The notes under the pieces are model-generated. The model saw only the letters and a program-made list of their open reading frames with translations, made no database searches and was not told the DNA's origin. Positions 49,043 through 62,538 of a stretch of DNA of 64,000 nt are shown piece by piece (position 1 is the first letter of the stretch; each line of letters begins with the position of its first letter). Location of the stretch: positions 10,354,001 through 10,418,000 of the forward strand of contig OU015566.1 in the NCBI GenBank assembly GCA_907165135.1. Reading direction: 5' to 3'. Both the position numbers and the translations under genes were made by a program. Origin of the DNA: Oikopleura dioica (taxonomy: Eukaryota; Animalia; Chordata).

Positions 49043-50564
49043 AGCTCACTATCGGCGACGCTACTTTCAGTTGTAGAATTCTAGAATATCGGTGAAATCT
49101 TAGCCTACAAGAATTTACATGTTCATATAAAATTATCATAACTCGTAATTTTAAAATTTCCATGATCATCATCGTGATACTCGCATGAAAGCTTTTTATC
49201 TTTTATTTTATTTCGCAAAATTTTCGTTTACATACATGCTCTTAATAATTCAACTTACTGTACGACCCTTCAAACAAATATAATCTCCATGGAGGGGTCT
49301 TCAATTACGCTAAATTTTACAGAAAATTGAAAGAGGGAAATGATGATTTAGCGTAATTGAATGTCCCTACTTGGAAAATTTCTGAGCTCGGCTGAAAGAT
49401 TAATTAGGTTTATTTTAGAAAGGCAAATCAAATTTCGACCCCAACAACAGCCATCAAGTGATATCACCCTTTCTAACATTGACACCCCGTTCTCTGTCAG
49501 CGAGCCAAACACTGCCGACTCGCAGAGCACTCCAGTAACCGACAATCCAGTTATGTCTCCACTTACCGATCTCAGTTATCTTGACAATCTGACTAGCGCA
49601 CAGCAGGCTGAGTATGATCAAATGTGGGAGGACTTTGTTAACGAGTACTATTCTTAGGTACACCGGATCCACCAGTCCGCGGAACTCAGCCTCATCGCAA
49701 AATCCCTCATTTATCGATCGCGATGTGCAGCAACTTTTAGCGTATCTTTAGTTGTTGGTTTTTCTTGAAAACAAATGAAGACAAATTCGAGCAGCTTTGA
49801 GAAGATTTCTCAATCGGCAGCTGTAAGCCATCTAATTATAGCGATTATAACTTTTTATTCTATTCCTGATTCATTCTTGGAATCAACGAAGAAGTCTTAC
49901 CGGTAGTTACCGAATTCGAAAAATTTCGAAATCAGATATTTCTTACGTACGATTAACACAATTATAAGTACGACTATCAATATGAGTAGCTCTCCAAAAT
50001 GAGTCTGAAATAAATCTGCAACCATATCCCTGATATAAATCCTATATCGCTTCCTGAAATTAACAGTAAACGTGCCTCAAAAATATTTTCAAAAAACCAA
50101 TCCACCCGTTTCCCTGATTCACAATTTTCAAGTGCTATCTTCACCAAAAAAAGCATAATTCAAAACCACTTGTTTCCCAAGTTCTTCTCCTTTTCACACC
50201 TATTTTTCAATCCCCTTTTTCCACGAAAGACCTTTGTTTCTTACTTTTTTATTTCAAATCGCTGTCTACCCATACTGTAAGATGAGGTACCCAGTTCAAA
50301 CATCACATGCCTTAAATATTCTTCAAGGTCAATTCAAGATTGCGCGGCCTTCGAAACCAATCTTTCCAAGGCCCTGCTTTCATTATTTTCAGAATTCAAA
50401 TCGCCCATTTTTTCTGATTTTTTCCTTTTTTTATTCACTTCCCCTGTTTCCTCACATGTTCAATAGAAAATACGAGTCCAGCTGCTGGACTCTATTTCGT
50501 TCACGAAAATTATTTTTCCAGCATTGAAACTAACAATCGAGCATTCAGAGATTAAATCGGCTTA

Positions 50565-52200
50565 ATGCGGCTGACGGAGTTTTGTAAAATCACGGAGTAT
50601 TATGTCAGGACTTTGCCAAAAGCGGATCGAGACGTAATTTTGAAGACGCCCGAACCAAAGAACAGCTCTGTACATGAACCAGCCGCGAAGGGCGAGGGAT
50701 CTTCTTCGAGCATAAAGAGTCAACGAAAAACTATTCTTCTCGCATTTCCACAAGAGAATTCCCAGCAACTCAACAGACCTGATCCACAGCTCTTCAAGGT
50801 ACCATCTCCGATCGTTCCAGAAATGGTCAGAGAAGAAGTGGTCTATAACGAAGAAAGTCCTACGATGATGGAAACTGACGACGACGAGAAAACAATCGAC
50901 GTTGAGCGCACCCCTGACAGCGTTTCGGAAAGCGAGCCAGCAGCAGAATCTGCCTACGGATCGGCCGAAGAGCCGATGAGCTTAGCAGACCAGCAAAGCG
51001 ATAGCAGAAACGAACCTATTTACGTTGATATCTCTGATCCAGAAGACGGGCAGGAGGGAAATTCTTCCCAAGGGATGAAGATAATTTATGCAGATGAAAA
51101 ACAGGAGCAGCAAAAATTTCTCACAGACGTGAAACAAGAAAAGTACGTATACGAAGAGCTCTCTGAGCACGAATCTCTCGCAGATGGGCCTCTTGAGCTT
51201 GATTTGCCGGCAACACCTTCTCCTCAGCCGATGATAAAACAAGAACAGTATGACGGCCCTCGCCCAATCTTTCAACCAAGAGGTATCTTTTTTCCATTTG
51301 CTCAAATTTCACCCCAATTTATTAGCCTTTCCGAATCCTCTTCTGCTTACACCAAAGACTACAGGCAACAATCGCGGCAATGGCACTCGCCCTCACGTAC
51401 CGATGTACAATCCCTACTGGATTCCCCCCGTTCTTCATCAGGTAATATATAATGACTAACGTTGATTGGAATAACATACGATAACAATAGTCACCGTACC
51501 GTGAAGCGCCGGGCAATCCACCGCATCGTGCTTCTACATTTTTGCCGAATCGCCCGCCTTTTAATCGCCCTCCGCCGCCAACCATGGACTTCAGTCATCT
51601 GTACCCTCAGTTCCCTCAATTCGAGCCCAACAACCAACAAGTTCACCAGCAGGCTCGTCCGCCGCTTCCCCCTCCTCCGCGCCCAAGTCACCAACCACCG
51701 CCAGTGCAACATCAGAGAATGCCGCCGCCTTACCAGAATACGTTCATCCACCCTGCTGCTTATTTTAATCCTCACTTTGCACCACATCTTTCTCTTTACC
51801 CCCAGCGAGGTAAATCTGTCTCTTCAATACACTCGTCTCAACTTTGACATTTAGAGTTCTATCAAGGCCAATATTACGGATCGCAGAATAACAACGCCCA
51901 GCAGAACCATGTCAGCCAAAGCGAAGCTCGAAATCAAGCAGACTCTTCTTTTAATCCATACCAAGCACAGGTATTCAGAGATTGGTCTTCCTTGATTTCA
52001 ATAATTATTTATCTGAAAGGGTGCTCAGAACAACTACCGGCCATCGTACTTCAATCACACCAATTTCAAGCAGTGAGCTTCAGGAGTATTTCTTTTTTTT
52101 TTTTCTTGTTATTTAACCGTATGGTTGACAGTTTATCATACCAGTTCACACAGATACCAGCAACAGTCATGTTTACCAATTGCGCCATTTTCTAGCTGCC
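50565..52200 (+). CDS. Low-complexity protein with acidic then Pro/Gln/Tyr-rich regions
   Basis: 295-aa ORF plus in-frame Pro-rich exons (51542-51847) with gt donors and ag acceptors; no folded domain recognised. Confidence 0.55.
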
Positions 52201-52389
52201 AGTTAAGTCTACCTAACCTCTACCACAGTTCTGAACTGCCACAAGATGCTTTCATGTGCCTAAAAATGTGTCTGAAAGACATATCGCGTTTGTCTTTTCT
52301 TTTGTCAGTCCGCTAGTTCAAAACTTTGTCATAATAATATCTATTTATCTCAGGACAAAACTGTTAGAAAGACCCTTCAATAATTCAGA

Positions 52390-53421
52390 ATGTCAGATTG
52401 GGGAGACTCGGTCGCTTTTTGTTCTACAATTGGATCGTTGCTCGTCGGGCTCACTGGGATATTTCCGCTCCTTTTTGTCAAGAGAAACAATAAGTATGCA
52501 GGTAAACATTGTATCAACCGTTTCTGGTCGTTATCAGTTTCAAAGAGTCAGCTTGGATAAAGTACGTCCTCGCTTTCGGCGCTGGAACACTTCTTGGAGA
52601 TGCATTTCTTCATCTTCTTCCTGAAGTAATGAGTTATCATGAGTGGCCTCTTGGCGCCCTCGCTGGATACATGTTTGGTTTTATCTTTCAAAAGTTCTTT
52701 CCCGAAGATGATTCGGCCAAAACTGGTGCATATGTGAACCTTTTCGCTAATTGCCTCGGTAATTTATTTCGCCCCAGACTGACGCATGTTCTGACTGTTT
52801 TTGTTCAGACAATTTCACACACGGATTAGCGATTGCTGGTTCATTCGTAATTGGAATTAGCAGAGGCTGGGCGACTACTGCCACGATATTGGTTCACGAG
52901 GTGAGTGGCTGATGAACCCTTTGAGTGTTGTTTCATTAGACTTCTATAATTGAATGTCAATTATAATTAAGATTCCTCATGAACTTGGCGATTTTGCAAT
53001 TCTCCTGCGAGGTGGGTTAACGAGAGGACGTGCTGCTGTTCTACAGTTAATTACTGCATTTGCAGGTATTTACGTGACTAGCTGAATGAATATTTAGCAT
53101 GGCGAAATTCCAACCATGTCAAATATAGAATCGCGCGATCAGCCTGGAATAAATTTGTTTTCAGGTCTTTCCGGCGCCCTAGTTGTCATCTTACTGAAAG
53201 ACATTTCACCGGACTTAGTACTTAGATGCGTGGTGCCTTTTACAATTGGTGCATTTATTTACGTATCGCTGACGAATGTACTGCCAGAACTGATGGAAGA
53301 TGAAAAGTGAGTCTTCCTTGATTTCGATCTCCGTTTTTATTGAATTTTTAGGAACTACCACTGGATCATCCTTAATATTACCATCGGTATTGTAACGATG
53401 GGCCTCTTATCCTCGTTATGA
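52390..53421 (+). CDS. SLC39A13: ZIP13-type zinc/iron transporter (LIV-1 subfamily)
   Basis: GSLLVGLTGIFPLL, LAFGAGTLLGDAFLHLLPE, ANCLDNFTHGLAIAGSF (DNFTH is the ZIP13 signature; ZIP7 has HNFTD), LVHEIPHELGDFAILLRGG, GAFIYVSLTNVLPEL. Confidence 0.92.
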
Positions 53422-54393
53422 TTCTTAGTAATTATTATTTTAAAATTCTAAATATTTGAAGACATCGTCTTTTAAAAAAAAAACGCAAAACAGTTGCCTT
53501 GTTTTTTCAACCGCAAAGTTACTTTTTCATATTTTCTGTTTCCAAAAATATCCATTTCCGCTCTCTCGTACAGTACAGTTATCGCAAAACCGCCTTTCAA
53601 CTTTCTTCAAACCTTGATTATCAAAGTAATTCAAAGTAAAATCGACTCCCGAAATTAGTGAAATTATTGAGCTCTCCTTCTTATCTTTTTATTGCCTTTC
53701 AGAAAATCTTCCGCTGTTTGAATATTGTCTTATCTCTGTATCCTTTTTCTTCAAACCCAACACCACTTTCTTGAATACGATGCTTATTTAAACTTAATAA
53801 AGCGCAATTTGCAGAAAATAGCATGAAAGAGAATACTTTCTAGCATTTCTTTTTTGTTTCTTGAAATTGAATTGATGAAAGGGCAGGAATAAATTGCACT
53901 CCTCAATAATTGATGCTTTTCAAGTTCGGAGGTTGTCGACTTGGAACGCAAAATGGCAGAAATATGCAAGATTCTTTCTTTAGATGTGCTGAGACCTTCC
54001 CACAGGTGCAATTGCAGTTCGTTTAAAAAGTTCATAATATTAAAGCTTTTATAATTGCTGAAGCCTTTCGAATTCTGAGTTTACCTGTGGAGGGGCTCTC
54101 CCTCCAGGGAATCGCATTTGCGCTGAATCATCCTCATTGATTGCGTTTTGCGATTTCAAGAAAAGACGGGCTCGAGAGCGCCCTTGATCGCGCTCACTAT
54201 TTTTTTCTCTCCACCTCAGGATTGCCGTGGAAAGCGGACTCTTTTCTCCGGCAGTGAGAAAGTCAACTCATCGAGTCTCAAAATTCATTTTTTCAGACGG
54301 ATAGAAATAGAGGAAGATTTGAAGATAATACTCAGAAGATAATTTGTGGCCTGCGTTTCTTGCACGGCAAAAGATTTAAGTCTCCGAGAGGAA

Positions 54394-57300
54394 ATGCTGA
54401 TACGTCTCTTATGCAGCTTTTTTATTGTAAGTCATCTTAGAAAGAAAGAGAGAGAGAGAGTTCTGTTGAGAAGAATTGTGTTGTTTAATAAGTCTCAGAA
54501 TAATTGCAATTTTTACTTGTTTAACAAGTTATTTAACCCTAAGAAGCTGGGAAATAACGACTGTCGGTTAGACACTCAAGCGTTGATAAATCAATAAGTT
54601 CCTTGAAAACCGAAGCAAATCGAGGAGTCCCAGATTCTGAATTGCTAACGGAAATGAATCAAATTTAGAAAATCACGCCATGTTATTTTTATTGTGGCCT
54701 AGTAGGAAACTGATTCATCGTAAGAAAAGAAAGTTACAGTTGACTTCCTTCGCGAAAGCACTTACTCAGCATGACGGAATTCTGACTTTATTACTCTGAA
54801 GAGCCACTGACCTTTTACAAAACTTACAATCCCGTAATTAGCCACAAAAGATCATTTTACTAGCTCATAGAATAAGCTAAGCACACATATTTTGATCCAA
54901 TTATTCCCTATTCGAAAGCAAGGTCCTTCCGAACGCAAAATTTCATTGTTGTTATGCTAATTTAACGACGTTGCCCTTTGGATTTCTCTCCATGGAACAG
55001 GCAACGCAAATGTTGACTTTTTCTTGATCTCTCGGATTCTCCACTGCGTCGGTCTTTTATTCAAATTTAATTTGGAAACGCACGTTTCTACGAAAAGTTT
55101 AATTCAAAGTTCGCTTCTCAATATTAAAATATATATAAATTTTAAGCTCATAAATATCTGTGATGCGAAAAGAAAAAACACAAGAAGGAAAGAACTCAAA
55201 TCCGAAGAGGGATACTGCACGTGGTATGACCAGTGCTACTTTGACTCTGGCGCAAATGTCTGGTACAATTGCCCATACAACAAGAAAGCGAAAAAGTTGA
55301 CGGATGAGAAAGGACTCGAAATACTGAAGGATCTCTGTCCTTCTCTCTACGGCGATGGCAAAGGAGTCAAAACATGTTGCTCACCTAGCCAGCTGGCGAA
55401 TATGAAGGCAAACATGGGTGTTCCATACACTTTAATTGGCCGCTGCCCGAGTTGTTACAGGAATTTTCTAAATTTCTGGTGCGAGATGACTTGTAGTCCC
55501 AATCAAAGCACCTTCACCAATGCAGCTGCTTTTGGAAAAGACAGCAGCGTTGACCCACCAGTTGAGTACGTAAAAGAACTCAACTACGCTGTCAATGCTT
55601 CTTTCGGAGACCGCCTTTTTGACAGTTGTAAAAACGTCTCCAACCCGACAACTGGTGCCAAAGCGTTAGACATCATTTGTGGCAATTGGCCCGACGGATG
55701 CAACGGGCAGAATTGGCTGACCTTTTTGACAGACAAAAGCATCAATAATATGGTTCCATTCAAGATTAATGTGAAGTATACGTTGGAAGGCACCGAGATG
55801 TCGAATTTAATGAACGCTGAGACATTCAGGTCTGTAACGATTATTTTTTAGTAAAAATATCTTTTATCAGGTGCAACGAGACGGCACCCGGCTCAGACGG
55901 CCCCTGTTCCTGCAATGATTGCCCTGATTGTTGCAAAGCTCCTCCAGTGATTCCACCCCCGCCAGAGCCCTGGGAAATCTTCGGCTACCACGGATGGACA
56001 GTCATCGTCATCTTCACTTATGTAATCTTCGTATGGGCTTTCGGAACAGTTGTTATTGCTTGGCATTTATTCTGCAAACAGAGTCAGGGGCACACGTCAG
56101 AAGGCTGCTGCACGCTGGTGGACTTCTACGGTGGCGGACCGCAAGAACTTGCGATTGATGAGTAAGTAGACTTAGTAGAGGCTTGATTTTATTAGTTTCG
56201 TCGGTGATTAACATAGATAATACAGATTAATTCATAAACGAGCGACTCAGAGGTAAAAAATGATGTTCGCACTCACTTGGCTTGATTCAATATTGAATCC
56301 TCTAACAAAGGAAACACTCACAGTATCATTTTGTTCGATTAGGTTCAAACGAGGACAGTTTTAAAAGCTCTGTGTTTCATGTGAATGACATCATGCATGT
56401 TTTCATCCTTGTGTTCTTCCTTTTGAATTTGAGTTCTTGTCTCAACAAGCCATTAATAATTTACGTCACTTTTTCAATCCGTTTCTTTGTTTCAATCATT
56501 TTATTCAGGGAAGTAATCGAGCACGAGCAGCTAAATGCGCATGAATTCAATGGAGACCAGGGTCCATTTACGAATTTGACAAATCGTATCGATCAGAAAA
56601 TGTCGCTCTTCTTCGAGGCACTCGGCTTAATCTGCGCAAGTAATCCGTGGAAAGTGATCTTTGCTGGTATTACCGTAGTCGTCGCGCTGGGCTTAGGATT
56701 GATGAACTATCAAATCACAACCGATCCAGTCGAGTTGTGGTCAAGTCCGACAAGTCAAGCTAGAGAGGAGAAGAATTACTTTGACGAGAACTTTGGCAAG
56801 TTCTTTAGGACCGAAATGATGATCTTCTCAATTGATCATGTTGTTGACAGTGCGGATAAAGCGAAAAACGTCAAACTGGCAGATCTATGGCAGGACTACG
56901 TCCCATACACGTCAGCAACCGATTATGTGCCTCCATCAGTTCCATTCTCACCAATTTTCCAACTTGGGATCCTCGAAGAACTGGTCCGAATCCAGAACGA
57001 AATTCAAACACTTGAAGCTGTTTATGAAGACGCTAAATCGAACACAACTGAATCGATCAAGCTCAGCGATATCTGCCTCAAGCCGATGGCGCCTGTGAAT
57101 AACAACTGTACTTTCATGTCTGTGACGAACTACTTCCAGAACTCTATTGAGAATCTCCGAAAGAAAGCTGTGGATGGATGGTTCGACACTCTTTTAGCCG
57201 ATTATCGATCGCATTTAATCGGATGTACGCGTAATCCGACAACGATCGAAGAAGATTCCGCTACTTGGGAGGCGGCAGGTGAGCAGGCCATGTCATGTCT

Positions 57301-60160
57301 TGCTTCCTTCGGCGGCCCAATAAATCCAAACGTCGTCATCGGCAGCTACGATGAAAAATTCTTCTTTAATGGCAGCCATTTGGTTGTTAATATTCCAGTG
57401 ATAAATAATGAATGGACTGCCCCGAGGGCTGTGCTTTGGGAGAAGCAGTTTCTTGATTACATCCAGACTTGGCAGGATAAACACTCAATCGTGAACCTAA
57501 CCGATTTCAATATTAACGACGATGGATCAGTAGACCCTGATAAACCAGCTTGGGTGAGAGTCAAGATGAACGTTGCTTATTCTGCCGAAAGAAGCGTGGA
57601 AGATGAAATTGAACGTGAAAGTGGGACGGACGTTTTTACCGTTCTTTTTTCATACATCGTCATGTTTGCGTATGTCAGCTTCGCCCTAGGACCGGCTCCG
57701 TTAATTATTGAGTTGAAAATTGCCAAGTTCAATTACAAATTCTCATTTTCCAGGAAACTACGGTTTCAGTAATTCTCAATATCGAGCCGCAAACAGGTCA
57801 ATTTACGTCAACATCGCGAGTGTTTATTGACTCCAAGATTACCGTCGGTTTCATGGGCGTCTTGATTGTCATGGCTTCCATTATCTGCTCCCTCGGGATC
57901 TTCAGCTATGCCGGCGTTAAAATGACTCTGATTATTATCGAAGTTTTGCCATTCCTCGTCCTTGCCGTTGGAGTAGACAACATCTTCATCATCGTCCAGC
58001 ATCTCCAACGCGATCATGGTTCGAGCAAAGAAACAACTGAGCAGCAAATAGCTAGAATTCTTGGAGAAGTAGGACCTTCTATGGCCTTGTCAAGCGGGTC
58101 CGAAACTGTAGCATTCTTTATCGGAGCTTTGAGTACAATGCCTGCTGTAAGGTCGTTTTCGCTTTTTGCTGGAGCTGCGGTTTTATTTGACTTTTGTCTG
58201 CAGGTAAGTCAATTGAAAGCTCTCCTTTGGGACCTGAGTTCAGACTAATGCAGTCTTTAATTCTTAACCCGAGTCCAAAAGTTCGTTTTTAATTGAAAAA
58301 CAGCGGGTTCATGTGCATTTTGCTAATCCCCTTTTCTTTCAGGTGACGGTCTTTATTGCCGTTTTGGCTCTCGACGAGCGACGACGAAAATCAAAGCGTT
58401 TGGACATTTTCTGTTGCATTTCGTACAACAATGCCAAAGACCCAGAAAACGACGAAGGCCTGCTGTACCACATGACAAAGCGTTACTTTTCGCGACTTCT
58501 ACTCAATTCAATTGCTCGTCCATTCATAATAATCGTATTTTCCTTTATCGCCGCGTTTTCACTGGCCTCTTTACCTAAACTCCACATTGGCCTTGAGCAG
58601 AAGTTGTCCATGCCCGAAGATTCGTATTTGATCGACTACTTCGAGACAATGGCGTCTAGCCTTGAAGTCGGCGCTCCAGTTTACTTTGTTGTCAAAGACG
58701 GAAGCAACTACAATGAGCGAGACGCTCAAAAAGCCCTCTGCGGTGGCGCAGGATGTAATGACGATTCTCTCCCTTCACTTATCGCTGACGCAGCACAGAT
58801 TCCAAGCTATTCTACAATAGCCACGCCCGCGATGAACTGGATGGATGATTACTTCGATTGGGTCAGCCCTAACTCGCCCTGTTGCAGAGTTTTCAACGAA
58901 AACGGAACTTTCTGTGATAGCACAGGTAAACTTTCGTTAACAAACCCAATAAATATCGGTTAATTCAGTACCGGATCGTGAAAATATCTGCACTCAGTGT
59001 CTTTCGGAGAACAAACGACCATCTGGAGAAGCGTTTGACAGATTCCTGCCGATGTTCTTGAGCGATATCCCTTCAGCTACTTGCCCAAGAGGAGGCAGTG
59101 CTGCATACTCGTCAGCTATTAACATCACTGATGGTCATATTGGTGCATCGTATTTTATGACTTATCACACTCCAGCGAGAACATCTGAGGATTTTATTCA
59201 ATGCATCACTCATGGACGGTATAAAATGTATTTCCATGGCTTTTAAATAAGACTCCTCTTTAGAAAAATGGCGGTAGAAGCGTCTGACAATCTGAAAAAC
59301 GCTACCAACTCCGACTCGGCCGAAGTCTTTACCTACTCCGTCTTTTACGTCTTCTACGAGCAGTATTTAACCATCGTCAATGATGCCTTCGTCAACCTCT
59401 CCGTCTGTATTTTGACTGTGACTCTGATAACGATGATCTTGTTGGGTGTTGCTACAGGCATTTGTGTGGCGATTACCATTTCGCTGATTATTCTGAATCT
59501 TCTTGGGGTCATGGTTGTCTGGGAAATTTCATTAAATGCAATTTCACTTGTCAATCTTGTCATGGCTACTGGAATCGCGGTCGAGTTCTGCTCGCATATC
59601 GCTAGAGCATTCGCCAAAAGGTATTTCTACCTTTCTTTATGATAATTCAAGCAGTGTTTTTAGTCAACAACAAGGTCGCGTGGCTCGCGCCAGGGATGCT
59701 CTTGCTGAGATGGGCTCATCCGTCTTGTCTGGAATCACTTTCACTAAATTCGGAGGAATCGTCGTTCTAGGATTTTCAAAGACGCAAATCTTCCAAATCT
59801 TTTACTTCAGGTTTTCATACACTTAAGCCTTCAATCTGTATAAAAATTGATTTCAGGATGTACTTGAGTATAGTCGTCCTTGGTGCTCTTCATGGGTTCT
59901 TCTTCCTTCCAGTTCTCCTATCTTATATCGGTATGGATAAAGTTTACTTGGTTTGTATCTGGCATTTTAAATTTAAGGTCCTACTGGAAGATTAGGGTTT
60001 AAAAAGGTCCAAAGCACTCCATCAGAAGATGAAAATTCGGACCAAAGTCCTATTGGAAATAGCAGAGAAGATATCAGGTAGCTAAGATCTTTCTTGGCCC
60101 TTTTCAATCATTGATTTCAGCGTCACTCCTGATGTCACTGACGAGAGATTAATTCAATAA
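54394..60160 (+). CDS. NPC1: Niemann-Pick C1 cholesterol transporter
   Basis: Signal exon [11 protein letters not shown]; [37 protein letters not shown]; TDPVELWS; SERS-like [13 protein letters not shown]; [20 protein letters not shown]; [14 protein letters not shown]; C-terminal ...TDERLIQ* resembling a dileucine signal. Confidence 0.96.
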
Positions 60161-61287
60161 GTTCAAGTCATTTCACCAACGCATCTTACATTCCGCACAC
60201 CCACAGTAATACCGTCGAGGTTCTTCAAAAATATATATTTATAAATCCAGTTAATCAAGTTATACATTTATTCTCAAAAACGCCAAACAGCCGGGCCCTT
60301 TAAAATATTCTAGTCTTATTGAACTGTTCATAATTCACTTTTTCAATGCAACTTTTGAAGCTGTTCCTGCTCAAAGGTAGACCTGTACTTTTAATCTTAT
60401 TTTTTTCTCATTTTCCTTCATTCTAGCTTTTTTAGAATATAAATAATGATACTCAGATATTTAAAAGATATTACTACAAAAGATATACCTTGATACTATA
60501 TATAAACTCGCTGCACATTTTTTTATTCAAATTATTCAAAAGAAAACTCAACTTATGACGTGTTAAACTTCAAGTTAAAACACTGACAAATGCTTCTGTT
60601 TGTTTCACATATTTTCTTTCACTAAATGTAAACATAAATAAACTTATAAATAAAAAACGAACATCAACGACAGTAGTCAAAGGAAGACTACTGTTGTTCT
60701 ACATTGTTGTACAATTTTTAAGTTGACAGAGGGAAACGAAATCGCAAATATGGTTACTATGTTTTGATGTACTGGCACGTCTGACATTTGGCGGCTACCT
60801 TCTGCCCTTTTTGTTAAATTTGAAATCGATGTCGTTAAATCTAGGTCACTAAAACACCCTTACGTAAGCCAATTTCTCTAAAATAGAGCTATTTTTGACA
60901 TTATTCCGTGGATGATCAAATCTTCTTGCCTTTACAGGATACTGTACGGATGTAGCAGGTCATCCATTGCTATAACAGGAAGGAAAGCTTTGAAAGAGCC
61001 ATTCTTGGATGTTTTTAGCCTCAGGCATGTCCCCTTGTATCCGAAGTTCCATAGTAGTTGAGGTGCTTTAACGGGTGGTTTGCTGCCCCCGGCCACGCCA
61101 TAAAGGTTTCTGATGGACAAAGAAAACCTTCAGATAAAGTTGTAGTCTTACTTGACTTGAAAAATCACCAAATCAAACCACTATTCAAAATTTCGTTGGC
61201 AGACGAAATCAGATAGGAGATCAACGAAGACTAACTGATTCAACAAACGAAATAGTCGCTGAGTTAGAAAATTATTTGAGAGAGAAT

Positions 61288-62355
61288 ATGAGACTTTTCC
61301 AACTTTCGCGACGGCTTTTGTGTCAGAATTTAAAGATAACCAAGCATGTGAGAACTGTCAAGTCCCAGGGATTTTACTCGGTGAGTCTTTTTTGACCGAT
61401 TTCTGATTTGTAAATGGACTTAGAAATTCGACAAAGATGGGGACGGGGAAATCTCGCCCGCTGAATTCAAGAAAATTATGGAATCTTCCGAGTACGGCGA
61501 TGTTTACAAGCATTTTGACGACGACGGAGACGGAAACATCACCCCAGAAGAACTGATTTCCGTAAGTTTCCACCTCGTACTAAAAATAGTATGAAAAAAT
61601 GCGCTTAGATCTTGGTCAAACTCGGAGAAGTCCCAATGGATCTTGCACTTTACTTCAACGACATGAGTAGCTCCAGCTCGACAGAATTCGCTGGTGTCGT
61701 CAACTTCCTTACGATTTTGACCAATTACTGTAAGTCTTTCAAACAACTAAATTGCAGGTTCATTACTTTCTATTTTAGGCAGATTTATGAACGGTAAGAG
61801 GTGTTTATTTTTAACGGAAATAATAACAAAAAAGAACCTGTGAGTTCCGGTTACTAAAGACCAACTACTGCACAAGTGACAGTTGTTAGGTGTTAAGAGG
61901 GTGTTACCTAACTTTTGGTTGATGCATCACGCACAGTCTATCTAATCTCGAGTAACCATGGTCAAAAATGCAACTTCTGCTAATAAACTTTACCTATTTC
62001 AGGCTCCATGAAAAACCCCGCAAAAGTGGAACAAGAAGTCCTCCAAGATTTGGAGCAGTTCGCAGAAGGCAGCGAAACCATCAACAAAGATCAGCTTCAG
62101 GACTGGCTCTTCAAAATTCACCCAGAATTCGACGATGACCTTCTTGACGGTGGAACGCTATAACACCAAGATTTTAATGAAAGTTTTAGCGCTCGCGGAG
62201 GGGGCTGATTTAGACGGTGATGATGAGATCAACTACATTGCTTACGTCCAGCTCGTCACTCGACAGATCCTCAAACTTCGAAAGGTAAAAGAGAACTTGA
62301 TCGAGGCTTTTCTTCTCTTACTTCACTTTTCAATGACTGAAAAAATATTCAGTAA
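61288..62355 (+). CDS. Calmodulin-like EF-hand protein with a basic N-terminal extension
   Basis: EF loops DKDGDGEISPAE, DDDGDGNITPEE and DLDGDDEINYIA plus a degenerate one; first exon MRLFQLSRRLLCQNLKITKHVRTVKSQGFYS; 3' end approximate. Confidence 0.8.
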
Positions 62356-62538
62356 GGTGCCAAAAAGCGTTTACGGTGGCTACAATTTCAAAACAAATCG
62401 AGGTTAAAAATGATTTCGCCACTAAAATTCCTATTTATCCTGTTCAAGTTCAATAAGTACCAAACAAATACGCCACTTTCTGTTCATTTCATTTTTGCGT
62501 GTTTATTAGATAATAAAGAAACTTTCATTCTGCTATTC

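Noticed and set aside
60079-60081. TAG as the NPC1 stop codon
   Set aside because: A 43-nt GT-AG intron (60078-60120) gives the ending VTDERLIQ*, resembling the NPC1 dileucine signal, so 60160 is preferred
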